Positions 35,565 to 45,614 of a stretch of DNA of 64,000 nt are shown here, piece by piece (within the stretch, counting starts at the first letter, position 1; every line of letters begins with the position of its first letter). The position numbers and the translations under genes are program-made. This DNA comes from Pyrinomonadaceae bacterium. Its GTDB lineage: Bacteria; Acidobacteriota; Blastocatellia; Pyrinomonadales; Pyrinomonadaceae. The stretch covers positions 352,001-416,000 of the forward strand of contig JBKBYA010000001.1 of the NCBI GenBank assembly GCA_046313635.1, read 5' to 3'. The notes beneath the pieces were generated by a model. It ran no database searches and had not been told where the DNA came from. It saw only the letters and a list, made by a program, of their open reading frames with translations.

Positions 35565-37499
35565 TCACGACTCGCGTCGCGAATATATGAGAGCGCCCGG
35601 GATGCGTTCGAGGTCGCTCTTAAGGCCGGCGTAGGCGCCGGTCAGCGTGACAAAGTAATTGATCAGCCCGGTATCGAGCCGGTCGCGCACGATGCCGACG
35701 ATCGTCGACGGGTCGGCGTCGTCACGATTTTTGAGCGGCCCCTTTTTTCGCAGCTCGATAAAGAGAACGTGAAAGGGGAATTCCGGCATGTGTTGGACAA
35801 CCTTGCGAGCGGCGTAGACGGCGACGATCTCCTCGAGCACGGCGACCTTTGTCGGGACGAGCTCGACGAATTCGGCCGGCAGATCGTGCGCGATGAACTC
35901 GTCGCCCGGCGCGACACCTGAACGTTCCCTTTCGGCGGCGCGGATGATCTTGGTCTGCTCTTCGATCTCGCCCGCGTGCGACATCGCCTCGTCGAGCCGG
36001 CCCTTGCTGCGAAGGTATCGGAATGCAACGTCGTTGCCGGCGAGACGATACTGCCCGTCGAGAGCGATCGCGCGCTCGATATCGGCGAGCCCGGCGTCGT
36101 TATCGAGCGACAGGCGCGCGCATCCGAGGCTGTAGACGATCTCGGCGGCGTCGGGAAATCGTGCCGCCGCCTCCTCGAGTACGGGGAGCGCGGCGGCGAT
36201 GCCCTCGTGGTCGGCGCGGCGGCCGGCGAGCTCGAGCATCTCTTCGGCGGTGAGCTCGGCCCCGGCAGAGCGCTTTTGCTCAAGCTCGGCGATGCGCTGC
36301 TCAGACTCGCGCAGCTGCTTGTAGCGCTCGCGCCACTGCGAGGCGGCCATCTCGCTCCACATTTCGTCAAACTCGGCGGCGAGGCGCGCCGAGAGCTCGC
36401 GTCCGAGCATCGCCTCGGACGCGTCGGTCTCGACCGCGAGCGAGATCTCGGGGAGATCGCCCGATGTCCAGTAGCCGATCAGCCGCAGACGCTCGGCGAG
36501 CGACGGGTGCGAGTCTTCAAAGTCGGTCTTGACCGCGAGAGCCTTTTCGATGGTCGCCGCGGCGCGGTGCTCGTCGACAAATCCGAGCGAGCCGATCATT
36601 CGCGAAAAAAGCTGCGGCACGGGAGATTCGTTCCGGGCGTTCTCGCGCTGTATCGCGGGCCAGAATTCGTCGTCGATCGACCGCGACTTTGCCTCCATTA
36701 TCACGAGCGACTCGCCGAGCGGCCGCGAGCCGACGAGGTACGCAGCGTCGGCATCCGCCGCGATCTCGTGGCCGCGCATCAGCACGAACGAGTACGCCGA
36801 AAAATACGGGAAGTACCAGTCGACAAACTTGCGGTAGAGCGATGCAAGCTTGTTCTCGGCCTCGGCCTGCGACTCGATCAGGCGGCCCCATGCCTCGCGC
36901 ATCTGGTACGCCCACTTGGCAAAGGCGCCGTGCTTGCCCGAGATGTGGCCGATCTCGTGGGCGACGACCGCCTTGAACTGGTCGGGCGTGAGGGCCTTCA
37001 TCGTCGGCAGGCCGACAAGCAAAAAGACCTTACGGCCAAAGATGCCGAATCGCGGCATCGTCACGACCGCGGCATTGAGAGTGTCGGTCACGAGGATCTT
37101 TGCCGGCCGACGCGCCCGCAGCTCGCGGCAGGTCTCATCGACGAACCTAAACAGTTCGGGAGCCTCGGCGGGCGTGATCTCGCGACCGGTCGGGTCGGGC
37201 ACCTTCGCGGTGATCGACCTTACGGCCGAGCCGAGAAATCCGAAGTAGATGCCGAGCCCCGGGATCAGCGCCCACCAGATCTTACCGGTCAGCAGCAGCA
37301 GCCGGCCGATGGTGCCGGGCTGCACGATCGCCGCCGCGATGACGATAACGACCGGTGCGATGAGCAGCAGCACGAGTGCGATAAAGTAGGCGTAACCGAG
37401 GACGGTCAGCAGGAGCACCTTGAGCTCGTACCGCCGCGGATCGCGGGCGGCCGAGCGCTCGAGCCGCTCGATCAGGGAAACATATTGTGCGTATTTCAT
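35565..37499 (-). CDS. M48 family metalloprotease with TPR-like C-terminal region
   Basis: TM helices, LNAAV, VAHEIGH, HEIAAD, SHPSLAERL. Confidence 0.85.
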   Translation of the reverse strand: MKYAQYVSLIERLERSAARDPRRYELKVLLLTVLGYAYFIALVLLLIAPVVIVIAAAIVQPGTIGRLLLLTGKIWWALIPGLGIYFGFLGSAVRSITAKVPDPTGREITPAEAPELFRFVDETCRELRARRPAKILVTDTLNAAVVTMPRFGIFGRKVFLLVGLPTMKALTPDQFKAVVAHEIGHISGKHGAFAKWAYQMREAWGRLIESQAEAENKLASLYRKFVDWYFPYFSAYSFVLMRGHEIAADADAAYLVGSRPLGESLVIMEAKSRSIDDEFWPAIQRENARNESPVPQLFSRMIGSLGFVDEHRAAATIEKALAVKTDFEDSHPSLAERLRLIGYWTSGDLPEISLAVETDASEAMLGRELSARLAAEFDEMWSEMAASQWRERYKQLRESEQRIAELEQKRSAGAELTAEEMLELAGRRADHEGIAAALPVLEEAAARFPDAAEIVYSLGCARLSLDNDAGLADIERAIALDGQYRLAGNDVAFRYLRSKGRLDEAMSHAGEIEEQTKIIRAAERERSGVAPGDEFIAHDLPAEFVELVPTKVAVLEEIVAVYAARKVVQHMPEFPFHVLFIELRKKGPLKNRDDADPSTIVGIVRDRLDTGLINYFVTLTGAYAGLKSDLERIPGALIYSRRES

Positions 37500-37614
37500 G
37501 GGCGATAAAGATCGGGATGAAGACCGGACGGAAGTATATGCGACGTTTGCCGCGATGCCGAAGCCTGGACCGCAGCCGCCGGGAGGCGCTCGTCAGGCAT
37601 CTGGGCCCGAAATC

Positions 37615-37643
37615 TTGCCATTCCCGGGCGGCAGGCGTATGGT
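37615..37643 (+). promoter_or_regulatory. sigma70-type promoter
   Basis: TTGCCA-17 nt-TATGGT upstream of the STAS gene. Confidence 0.5.
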
Positions 37644-37736
37644 TGACTCATCCAGAGTTCAGCTGACTCTCGCTTCAGTCGCCGCGGAATTCGCCGTTTC
37701 CTCTGATCTTCGCAGCTAGCAGAAATGGTAAAGGCA

Positions 37737-38117
37737 ATGAACGATATAAATTTCTCGATCCGGGAGGTCGGGAGCGTAACGGTCCTCGACCTTCAAGGCC
37801 GCATCGTGCTCGGTGAATCGAGTGCCAGACTTCATCAAAAACTCAGATCGCTTGTCGAGGACGGCAAGCGAAACGTCGTCATCGATCTTAAGAATGTGAC
37901 GACGCTCGACTCGAGCGGTCTGGGCACGCTCGTCGCGGGCTACGCGAGCCTCGAGCGCGCGGGGGGCCGGCTAAAGCTCTGCTGCCTGCCGGCCAAGATA
38001 TCCGAGCTGATGCTCATCACAAAGCTCTACGCCGTCTTTGACGTCTTCGATACCGAGGCCGCGGCCGTTGCGAGCTTTGACGTGGCTGCGGCGCGGTCAC
38101 AAAGTTCCATTCTCTGA
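37737..38117 (+). CDS. STAS domain anti-sigma factor antagonist
   Basis: VIDLKNVTTLDSSGLGTL. Confidence 0.9.
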   Translation: MNDINFSIREVGSVTVLDLQGRIVLGESSARLHQKLRSLVEDGKRNVVIDLKNVTTLDSSGLGTLVAGYASLERAGGRLKLCCLPAKISELMLITKLYAVFDVFDTEAAAVASFDVAAARSQSSIL

Positions 38118-38228
38118 TCGAGGCCCGCCGCTCATCTTTGATGCGACCGCGGTCTTCGGTCGGTGCCACCGGGCGCCCGCGTCGCTCCCGAACCGTTGCA
38201 ACGCACGACCACGACAACGACTCGACGA

Positions 38229-39782
38229 ATGAAGATCCTTCTCTACAATCCTGACAATGGGGTGACGCGCAACTTTATGCCGCATCTCTGGATGTTTCTC
38301 TTGCAGGCGCTGACGCCCGCCGAGCACGAGGTCGTGCTCATCGACGGCAACGCCAAGGCGATGACCCGCGCCGAGCTGGTGCGGTTTTGCCTTGACGAAC
38401 AGATCGGACTCGTCGGGATCGGTTCGATGACGAGAATGATCGCCCGCGCCTACGCGGTCGCCGACGCGCTCCGCGAGGCGGGGATCAAGGTCGTGATGGG
38501 CGGGCCGCACGTGACGGAATGTCCCGACGAGGCGCTCGGCCGCGACGGCGGACCGCGCCACGCCGACGCCGTCGCGCTCGGCGAGGCAGACGAGTATTGG
38601 GCCCGCATCGTCGACGACGCGGCCCGCGGCGAGCTCAAAGATATTTACCAGCCCGAGACTGACGCCAAGGGCAGCGACAAGAAGCCGAGCCTGCAGCCGT
38701 ACCCGCACATTCCGTGGGAGACGCTCGACCTCGAGCAGTTCAGCCTTGTCCCCAAATTCCTGCGGCCCGTGATGTCCAGGCTCGGCGAGGGCTGGGGCAA
38801 GTTCTTTGTCGTGCCGATCGAGACGGGACGCGGCTGCCCGTACGGCTGCGAGTTTTGCACGGTGACCGGATTCTTCGGCGACTCGATCCGCTTTCGCGCA
38901 AATGACGACGTCGTTCAGGAACTGCTGAGGCTCAAGGCGCGCGCGCGGCGCGAGCGGGGGCAGATCGCCGTCTTCTTTATCGACGACAATCTCGCGATCA
39001 ACAAAAAGCGTCTCAAGTCGCTGCTCCGCGACATCATCGCCGCGGACGCGCAGCTGCCATGGGTCGCGCAGATCAGCGCCAACCTGCTCGCCGACGAGGA
39101 GCTTGTCGACCTGATCGCCGAGGCCGGCGGCAAGTGGATCTTTATCGGTATGGAGTCGATCGATCCGGCGAATATGGCGGACGTCAACAAGACATTTTCA
39201 AAGCCGGCCGATTACCGATCGATACTCGACGGGCTCGCGCGGCGCGACATCTACGCGATCACGTCCTTTATCTTCGGCATGGACAACGACACGGTCGGCG
39301 TGGCCGAGCGCACCGTGTCGCAGATCGAGAGCTGGGCTCCGGGCCTGCCGGTCTTTGGCCAGCTGACGCCGTTCCCGGCGACGCCGCTTTACGAACGGCT
39401 GGAGAGGTCCGGCCGGCTGCAGCGGCCAAAGCACTGGCTCGACTTCGCTCCGTTCGTGATGGCCCACGACCCGCTCAAGATGAGCATCGAGGAGGCGCGC
39501 GCCGAGACATTCAGCGCGTGGTCGCGCAGCTACAGCCCCGAGCGCAACCTGCAGGCGATCGAGTCGATCCGCAGCGCTCCCGTGCAGACGCGGATCGGCC
39601 ATCTCGTCGCGAGACTTTTTTTTCGCGGCATCTATTTTCCGCAGATGAACAAGCGGGCGTGGCTCAAGCTGCTTTTTGACAACCGGCGGGCGATCGTCAG
39701 GCTCGCGGGCGAAGGGCTTGCCGCATGGCGCGGCCCGCGCCGGCGCGGGCCTGCCGACGAGCTGCGGGCCGAAGAAGCGTAG
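38229..39782 (+). CDS. B12-binding radical SAM protein
   Basis: VVMGGPHVT, ALGEAD, GRGCPYGCEFC, FFIDDN, IGMES. Confidence 0.9.
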   Translation: MKILLYNPDNGVTRNFMPHLWMFLLQALTPAEHEVVLIDGNAKAMTRAELVRFCLDEQIGLVGIGSMTRMIARAYAVADALREAGIKVVMGGPHVTECPDEALGRDGGPRHADAVALGEADEYWARIVDDAARGELKDIYQPETDAKGSDKKPSLQPYPHIPWETLDLEQFSLVPKFLRPVMSRLGEGWGKFFVVPIETGRGCPYGCEFCTVTGFFGDSIRFRANDDVVQELLRLKARARRERGQIAVFFIDDNLAINKKRLKSLLRDIIAADAQLPWVAQISANLLADEELVDLIAEAGGKWIFIGMESIDPANMADVNKTFSKPADYRSILDGLARRDIYAITSFIFGMDNDTVGVAERTVSQIESWAPGLPVFGQLTPFPATPLYERLERSGRLQRPKHWLDFAPFVMAHDPLKMSIEEARAETFSAWSRSYSPERNLQAIESIRSAPVQTRIGHLVARLFFRGIYFPQMNKRAWLKLLFDNRRAIVRLAGEGLAAWRGPRRRGPADELRAEEA

Positions 39783-39895
39783 TTTGGTCAGCCGCCCGCG
39801 CGGCCGCCGAGATCAAAGGCTTGTTTTACGCCTCGACCATCTGTTCTAATTGCGCCAAAGCCCACCCGAGTTCAAGCCGTTTCGATGAGGGAACT

Positions 39896-40873
39896 TTGAA
39901 TAGGTCCGACATATTCCGTGCATGGCGAAGCATCTTGAGCGGGCGATACCCGTCGCTCTCGATCGAGATCACGCGCGAATGTCCGCTTCGCTGCCCGGGC
40001 TGCTACGCTTACGAGCCGGAGCATCTCGGCGGCGGCAAGCTGCTCCGCTCGCTGGCCGATCATAAGTCGCAGGAGCTGATCGACGGCGTGCTCAAGCTCG
40101 TCGACGAGCATCGCCCGCTGCACCTCTCGATCGTCGGCGGCGAGCCGCTGGTCAGGTTTCGCGAACTCAACACACTGCTGCCGATCCTCAGCGCGCGAGG
40201 CGTGCACGTCCAGCTCGTGACGAGCGCCGTCCGCGTTATCCCGGCCGAGTGGGCCGAGATCCCAAACCTCTATATCGTCGTCTCGATCGACGGCCTCGAG
40301 GCCGATCACGACGCGCGGCGCAAGCCCGCTACATACCGGCGCATTCTCGAGAACATCCTCGGTCATCGGATCACGGTCCATTGCACTATCACATCGCAGA
40401 TGGTCCGCCGCGAAGGCTACCTGGCGGAGTTTCTCCAATTCTGGTCCGCGCGCCGAGAGGTCAAAAAGATCTGGTTCAGCATCTTTACGCCGCAGGTCGG
40501 CGCCGAGGACGTCGAGATACTGACGCCGGCCCAACGCGATGCCGTGATCGACGAACTGCTCGAGCTCAAGCGCCGTTTCCCCAAGCTCGAAATGCCGTCG
40601 AGGGTCATCGAGGCATATCGCCGTCCGCCGGCATCGCCCGACCGGTGCATCTTTGCCCGCACGACCGCGAATTACACCGCCGATCTCGAGACGCGCATCT
40701 CGCCGTGCCAGCTCGGCGGCGATCCCGACTGTTCGCGCTGCGGCTGCATCGCTTCGGCCGGCCTGCACGCGGTCGGAGAGCACCGGCTGCTCGGACTCGT
40801 TAAGCTCGAACGCATCCTCGACGCGTCGCTCAAGGCCGGCGCGGCATTGCGCTCGAGACAGCCAAGACCGTGA
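39896..40873 (+). CDS. Radical SAM protein with Cys-rich C-terminal extension
   Basis: CPLRCPGC, GGEP, SIDG, C-terminal C...PCQLGGDPDCSRCGC; TTG start after GAGGGA. Confidence 0.85.
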   Translation: MNRSDIFRAWRSILSGRYPSLSIEITRECPLRCPGCYAYEPEHLGGGKLLRSLADHKSQELIDGVLKLVDEHRPLHLSIVGGEPLVRFRELNTLLPILSARGVHVQLVTSAVRVIPAEWAEIPNLYIVVSIDGLEADHDARRKPATYRRILENILGHRITVHCTITSQMVRREGYLAEFLQFWSARREVKKIWFSIFTPQVGAEDVEILTPAQRDAVIDELLELKRRFPKLEMPSRVIEAYRRPPASPDRCIFARTTANYTADLETRISPCQLGGDPDCSRCGCIASAGLHAVGEHRLLGLVKLERILDASLKAGAALRSRQPRP

Positions 40874-41143
40874 TCGACGACGCTGTAACGCGAAAAGAGT
40901 TTGCAACGAACGCATTAAAAGGGCATCATACTTACGTACACACCTTCTCTCGCGTCCTGCTGGACGCGCTTCTCTAAACCGGTTTTCGGATAAGTTTGAG
41001 AGCAGGGCCCTTGCAGATAACCAGAAGTAGCAGCTCTCAGCGATTTTTTTGAGAACCAGTAACCGACCGTTCGCCAATGCGCGGAATCACCGTCAGTTCG
41101 CATCTTCTTTAGAATTCCCGTCCGACGGGAAAGGAAATTAGTC

Positions 41144-41491
41144 ATGTCAATGAAACTTTACGTAGGAAACCTCTCCTTCAACACCTCGAATCAGGACCTC
41201 AGCGATATCTTTGCCGAGGTCGGCACCGTCCAGTCCGCGAACGTTATCGAAGACCGCGAGACGGGTCGTTCGCGCGGTTTCGGCTTTGTCGAGATGTCGT
41301 CGCGTGCGGAGGGCGAGAACGCGATCGCGCAGCTCAACGGTAAAGAGGTCGAAGGCCGCGAACTGAAAGTGAACGAGGCGAAGGCCCGCGAAGATCGGGG
41401 CGGCTTTGGCGGCGGTGGTGGTCGCGGCGGACGCCGCGGCGGCGGCGGCGGATATCAGGGCGGCGGATACGGCGGCGGCAGCCGCTGGTAG
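41144..41491 (+). CDS. RRM RNA-binding protein with glycine-rich tail
   Basis: RNP2 LYVGNL, RNP1 RGFGFVEM. Confidence 0.95.
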   Translation: MSMKLYVGNLSFNTSNQDLSDIFAEVGTVQSANVIEDRETGRSRGFGFVEMSSRAEGENAIAQLNGKEVEGRELKVNEAKAREDRGGFGGGGGRGGRRGGGGGYQGGGYGGGSRW

Positions 41492-41527
41492 GCCGCCGGC
41501 CAGGCATCTGGCCTTTGTAATACTACG

Positions 41528-41568
41528 GAGGTGCCCGAAACAGATCGCGGCACCTCTTCTTTTTTTTT
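41528..41568 (+). terminator. Intrinsic terminator
   Basis: GAGGTGCC / GGCACCTC stem plus long T run. Confidence 0.8.
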
Positions 41569-41599
41569 CAATGCGGCCCGCTCAGCGGAGGATCCAGAT

Positions 41600-41917
41600 A
41601 TGTCACTAGAGAAGCTTTCAATTTCGCGACGTCACGTCCTGGGCGACCTGCACGGCCGGTGCGACCAGATCGATCTGGTCCCGGTGTTCCTGGACACAGA
41701 GCCTGACGTCGAGGTCGGATTCGCCGACCAGAGCCTCGGCCGCTATGCCGACGCGTTCAGCTTTCATCTGCCGGCCGATATCTGCAAAAAGCTCTCGTCC
41801 GGACAGTTCGCCTTCTCGATCGGGTACGCCACGGCGCTGCCCGACGGCTCGCATCGCGGCAGGCCGCGCATACGGCTCACCTATATTTGCCTGACCAAGA
41901 TCAGGCCGATCGCATAA
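41600..41917 (+). CDS. Hypothetical protein
   Basis: GGAGG RBS and GC-rich codon pattern; no recognised motif. Confidence 0.55.
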   Translation: MSLEKLSISRRHVLGDLHGRCDQIDLVPVFLDTEPDVEVGFADQSLGRYADAFSFHLPADICKKLSSGQFAFSIGYATALPDGSHRGRPRIRLTYICLTKIRPIA

Positions 41918-41992
41918 CGTCTCGCCGCGCGGCGGGCAACGCGATCTTTGCACGCTTTTACGAAACGCGAGATCGCCATTGGAGGCTCAAAA

Positions 41993-42415
41993 ATGGATCA
42001 TCGTCTGACCACCGTGCTCTGTGTCGATCGCGACCCTGACTCCTGCGAGTTGTACGCGATGCTTCTCGGGGCAGCGGGCTATGAGGTCGAGATCTCGCAT
42101 TCGCCGGCGGACGCGATCGCGCTGCTCGGCGAGTGCCGCTTTGCCGCCGTCGTGATGGGCTATTACTTTTCGGGGTCGGACGGGCCTGAACTTTGCCGGC
42201 AGTTTCGCCGCTTCGACTCGCGGACGCCGGTGATCTTTTTCAGCGGCGCGGCCACCACGGCCGAAAGGGCAGCGGCCGAGGCTGCCGGAGCGCAGGCCTA
42301 TCTGATCAAACCCAACGGCATCGACGACCTTGTCGACGCGATCAGAGAGCTGACGGGCGAGAGCGCTTCGGCACGGCCGCGTTCTCGCGATGCTTCGATC
42401 GCTACGAATGTCTAA
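41993..42415 (+). CDS. Single-domain (atypical) response regulator receiver
   Basis: VLCVD, DGPELC, PVIFFSG, AYLIKP; the phosphoacceptor position reads G. Confidence 0.8.
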   Translation: MDHRLTTVLCVDRDPDSCELYAMLLGAAGYEVEISHSPADAIALLGECRFAAVVMGYYFSGSDGPELCRQFRRFDSRTPVIFFSGAATTAERAAAEAAGAQAYLIKPNGIDDLVDAIRELTGESASARPRSRDASIATNV

Positions 42416-43044
42416 TCCTCTTGCGACCGGCCTGAGCGTTCGCTGTCGGGTCCGTTCGATTCTCTGAAGGAACCTCGAAACTTCCACACCAGCGGGCCCG
42501 CGACCGCGAGACCAAAGATCACCCACGTCAGATTGCCGAGGATGTTAGAGATGTACTCGACCTCGTCGCTAAAGACGCGGCCGAGCGAGACGTAGAGGCC
42601 GATCCAGAGCGCCTCGCCGAGCAGCACCCAAATAGCAAAGCTCAGCCAGGGATAATCGGTCACGCCGCTCGTCAGGTTGAGCCACGGGCCGAGCGGCGTG
42701 ACGAGCCAGCGGCTGAAGAATATGCCGACGCCGCCCCACTTGCGGTTAAAGTCGTGCGCCTTCTTTACGGCGTCGTCACCGCCGAGCTTTGACGCGAAAC
42801 GCTTGACCAGACGCTTGCCGCCCCAGCGTCCGAGACCGTAGCCGACGAGATCGCCCGCGACCGCACCGGCCGTTCCCATAAACAGCACTTGCCAGAGCTG
42901 AAGCTGGCCCTGCTCGACAAGCGAGCCGAGGACGATCAGCAGCAGCGTCATCGGCATCGGCACACCGGCCTGCGCCGCGACGAGGATCAGGAAGAGCGCG
43001 GGCAAACCGTAGACGGCTATCAGTCCGATCAGCCAATCGCTCAC
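42412..43044 (-). CDS. DedA family membrane protein
   Basis: GAVAGDLVGYGLGRWGG, IFFSRW. Confidence 0.88.
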   Translation of the reverse strand: MSDWLIGLIAVYGLPALFLILVAAQAGVPMPMTLLLIVLGSLVEQGQLQLWQVLFMGTAGAVAGDLVGYGLGRWGGKRLVKRFASKLGGDDAVKKAHDFNRKWGGVGIFFSRWLVTPLGPWLNLTSGVTDYPWLSFAIWVLLGEALWIGLYVSLGRVFSDEVEYISNILGNLTWVIFGLAVAGPLVWKFRGSFRESNGPDSERSGRSQED

Positions 43045-43478
43045 GGCGTGTCTTGTGCCTCCCCGTTTGACGGCGGCGACGACCGCTCCTCGAGCGACGG
43101 CTGACCGGCATTTGCGCCGGGGTTGAAGGCGTGGTGCTCGAGTATCGCGTTATTGACCTTGTCGACGATCTCGCGGACGGGGCGGCGCCCATCGTGCGCG
43201 ATCCGGGCGAGCGGGCGGGGATCGTGCGCGTCGGCGGGCAGGTCGAGCGCTCGATTGAGCACGGCCTCCGGAACGCCGTGCGTGCGAGCGATCTGCGAGA
43301 TGGTCATCCAGCCGCGGACGGGGCGTTCGGCCTTTGCGTCCCAATAGAGAATTCCCTTTGCCGCGCGGATCGCGAAGAACGCGGTAAAGGCGAGCACGGC
43401 GATCAGCGCCGCGAGCATCAGCCACTGCGCGCGGGTGAAGCCTCTCGATCTTCTTTTGCTGCCGCTTGTCGTGCTCAT
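43041..43478 (-). CDS. Hypothetical membrane-anchored protein
   Basis: N-terminal TM helix, RGWMTI motif; overlaps the dedA start. Confidence 0.7.
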   Translation of the reverse strand: MSTTSGSKRRSRGFTRAQWLMLAALIAVLAFTAFFAIRAAKGILYWDAKAERPVRGWMTISQIARTHGVPEAVLNRALDLPADAHDPRPLARIAHDGRRPVREIVDKVNNAILEHHAFNPGANAGQPSLEERSSPPSNGEAQDTP

Positions 43479-43609
43479 TACCTACGCTCCAGAGTATTCG
43501 AGCCGCCGCGGAGCCTCCGCATTCCAGATTACCGATCCGCGCGCGTGGGCGACGATCTGCCGGTCCTACGTGTCGAAGTACGGTGCAACCGATCCGCGCG
43601 GCGGTTCGA

Positions 43610-43677
43610 CTTTATCCTTTCGCCTTCAGCCTTTATCCTTTCGAAGAGCCCACCCGCTGACGCGAGGTGGTTCTGAC
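43610..43677. repeat. Heptamer tandem run plus REP-like hairpin
   Basis: CTTTATC CTTTCGC CTTCAGC CTTTATC CTTTCGA, then a CCACC...GGTGG hairpin immediately before the ATG. Confidence 0.55.
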
Positions 43678-44607
43678 ATGGCCCGCAAGTCCCGTCCACA
43701 GATCTGGCTCGAATACATCGCCGCACGCGCGGTGCTCGGCATGCTCGGACTGCTGCCGCGGCGGGCGGCCCTGTTTTTGTCGATTGGGCTCGCGCGTCTG
43801 ATGTATCGCCTGCTCGGCGGACTGCGGCGGGTCGGGATGCGAAATCTCGAGATCGCATTTCCCGAAAGATCGGTCGACGAGCGCCGAGAAATACTCAAAG
43901 GCACATTCGAGAATCTCGGCCGCGTGCTCGGCGAGGTCAGCCAGTTCATGAAGACGACGCCCGCCGCGCTCGAGCGGATCGTCGACTTTGACCTCGACGC
44001 GGAATCGGTCGCTCTCTATCACCTCAACAAGACCGAAAAGCGCGGCGTGCTGATCACGACCGGGCACTTCGGCAACTGGGAGATGCTCGTCTTTGCCTTT
44101 GCGGCGCTGCACGAACCGATCGCGTATCTCGCGCGGCCGATCGACAATCCGCTGATCGAGGAGTTGACGGTGCGCATCCGCACACGCTTCGGCAACCGGC
44201 CGATCAACAAGACGAATTCCGCGCAGCTCGCGATCAAGATTCTGCGCGAGGGCGGCATCCTCGGCATTCTGGCCGACGTCAACGCGCACCCGAAGGAGGG
44301 CGTCTTCGTCCCGTTCTTCGGCGTGCCCGCATGCACCACCGCCGGCGCAGCGCTGATCGCCCTGCGGTCGGATGCGCTCATCTTCCCGACCTTCTGCGTT
44401 TGGGATAAGGAGATCAAGCGCTACCGCATCGTTCACGGCCGCGTGCTCGAGCCCGTCCGCACCGGCGACCGCGAACGCGACATCCTCGAAACGACCGCCG
44501 CATACACAGCCGAGATCGAACGCATCTATCGCCAATATCCCGAGCAGTGGATGTGGATACACAAACGCTGGAAGACCCGCCCGAAAGGCGAGCCCTCGCT
44601 CTATTGA
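43678..44607 (+). CDS. lpxL: Lipid A late acyltransferase (LpxL/HtrB family)
   Basis: GHFGNWE, VPFFG, PEQWMWIHKRWK. Confidence 0.85.
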   Translation: MARKSRPQIWLEYIAARAVLGMLGLLPRRAALFLSIGLARLMYRLLGGLRRVGMRNLEIAFPERSVDERREILKGTFENLGRVLGEVSQFMKTTPAALERIVDFDLDAESVALYHLNKTEKRGVLITTGHFGNWEMLVFAFAALHEPIAYLARPIDNPLIEELTVRIRTRFGNRPINKTNSAQLAIKILREGGILGILADVNAHPKEGVFVPFFGVPACTTAGAALIALRSDALIFPTFCVWDKEIKRYRIVHGRVLEPVRTGDRERDILETTAAYTAEIERIYRQYPEQWMWIHKRWKTRPKGEPSLY

Positions 44608-44714
44608 CTTTGCGAGCTTTGCGGCCTTTGCGTGAGATCTGCCTTCGCGTCATTTGCGGTTAAAAAAGAGGTCGAACCGGAGAGGACCCAGAGAGGAACT
44701 CAAAGGACGCAAAG
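44608..44714. repeat. Inverted 9-mer repeat array
   Basis: CTTTGCGAG CTTTGCGGC CTTTGCGTG ... TTTGCGGTT facing AACCGGAG...ACGCAAAG. Confidence 0.65.
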
Positions 44715-44813
44715 AGAGCCGGCCCGGCGCACTTGCGTTGCGTTTAGCGCGGAGTTTCTGGAGAATGGCGCGCAGTTCGCACCGATACGGCCGCGATTTG
44801 AGGAGAGACACGG

Positions 44814-45614
44814 ATGATCAGACGGCTTCTTTTATTCGCTCTCAGTGTTTTCACTCTCGCCTGCAGTGCTGCACCTTCGGACGACCCGTTCGCCGGCGGG
44901 CGCTGGATCGATCTCACGCACGATTTTTCGGACGAGACCATTTACTGGGTCAACGCCGAGCCGTTCAGACGCGAAGGCACGGCGGCGATGACCGACAAGG
45001 GATTCTTTTACGCGGCCGGCAATTATTCCGCGGCCGAGCACGGCGGGACGCACGTCGACGCACCGGTACATTTTGCCGAGGGGAAAAAGACCGTCGAGCA
45101 GCTCGAAATCTCGCAGCTCATCGGCGGGGCGGTGAAGATCGACGTCTCCGACAAGGCCGCCGCCGATCGCGACTACCTCGTCTCGGTGGACGACATCACG
45201 CGTTGGGAATCGGCGAATGGGCGCCTTCCAGACGGCGTCATCCTTCTGCTGCAGACAGGCTTTGGCAAATACTGGCCCGACAAAAAGCAGTACCTCGGCA
45301 CAGATCAACGCGGCGACGCAGCCGCAAAAGACCTGCACTTTCCCGGTCTCGACCCGGCCGCGGCGAAGTGGCTCGTCGACAACCGAAAGATAAAAGCGAT
45401 CGGCATCGACACCGCGAGCATCGACCGCGGCCAGTCGACGACATTCGACTCGCACGTCACGCTGATGACGGCGAACGTCCCCGCGTTTGAAAATGTCGCG
45501 AATGTCGATCAGCTTCCGGCAAAAGGCTTCCAGATCGTCGCCCTGCCGATGAAGATAAAAGGCGGCTCCGGCGCACCGCTGCGGATCGCGGCGTTCGTGC
45601 CGGGCGGACAATAA
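44814..45614 (+). CDS. Cyclase family protein (KynB-like), probable lipoprotein
   Basis: LAC lipobox, EHGGTHVDAPVHF, HFPG, GIDTASID, GAPLR. Confidence 0.88.
   Translation: MIRRLLLFALSVFTLACSAAPSDDPFAGGRWIDLTHDFSDETIYWVNAEPFRREGTAAMTDKGFFYAAGNYSAAEHGGTHVDAPVHFAEGKKTVEQLEISQLIGGAVKIDVSDKAAADRDYLVSVDDITRWESANGRLPDGVILLLQTGFGKYWPDKKQYLGTDQRGDAAAKDLHFPGLDPAAAKWLVDNRKIKAIGIDTASIDRGQSTTFDSHVTLMTANVPAFENVANVDQLPAKGFQIVALPMKIKGGSGAPLRIAAFVPGGQ

Noticed and set aside
38118..38228. Cobalamin riboswitch before the B12 radical SAM gene
   Set aside because: Spacer is short and lacks the B12-box and GGGAA core motifs
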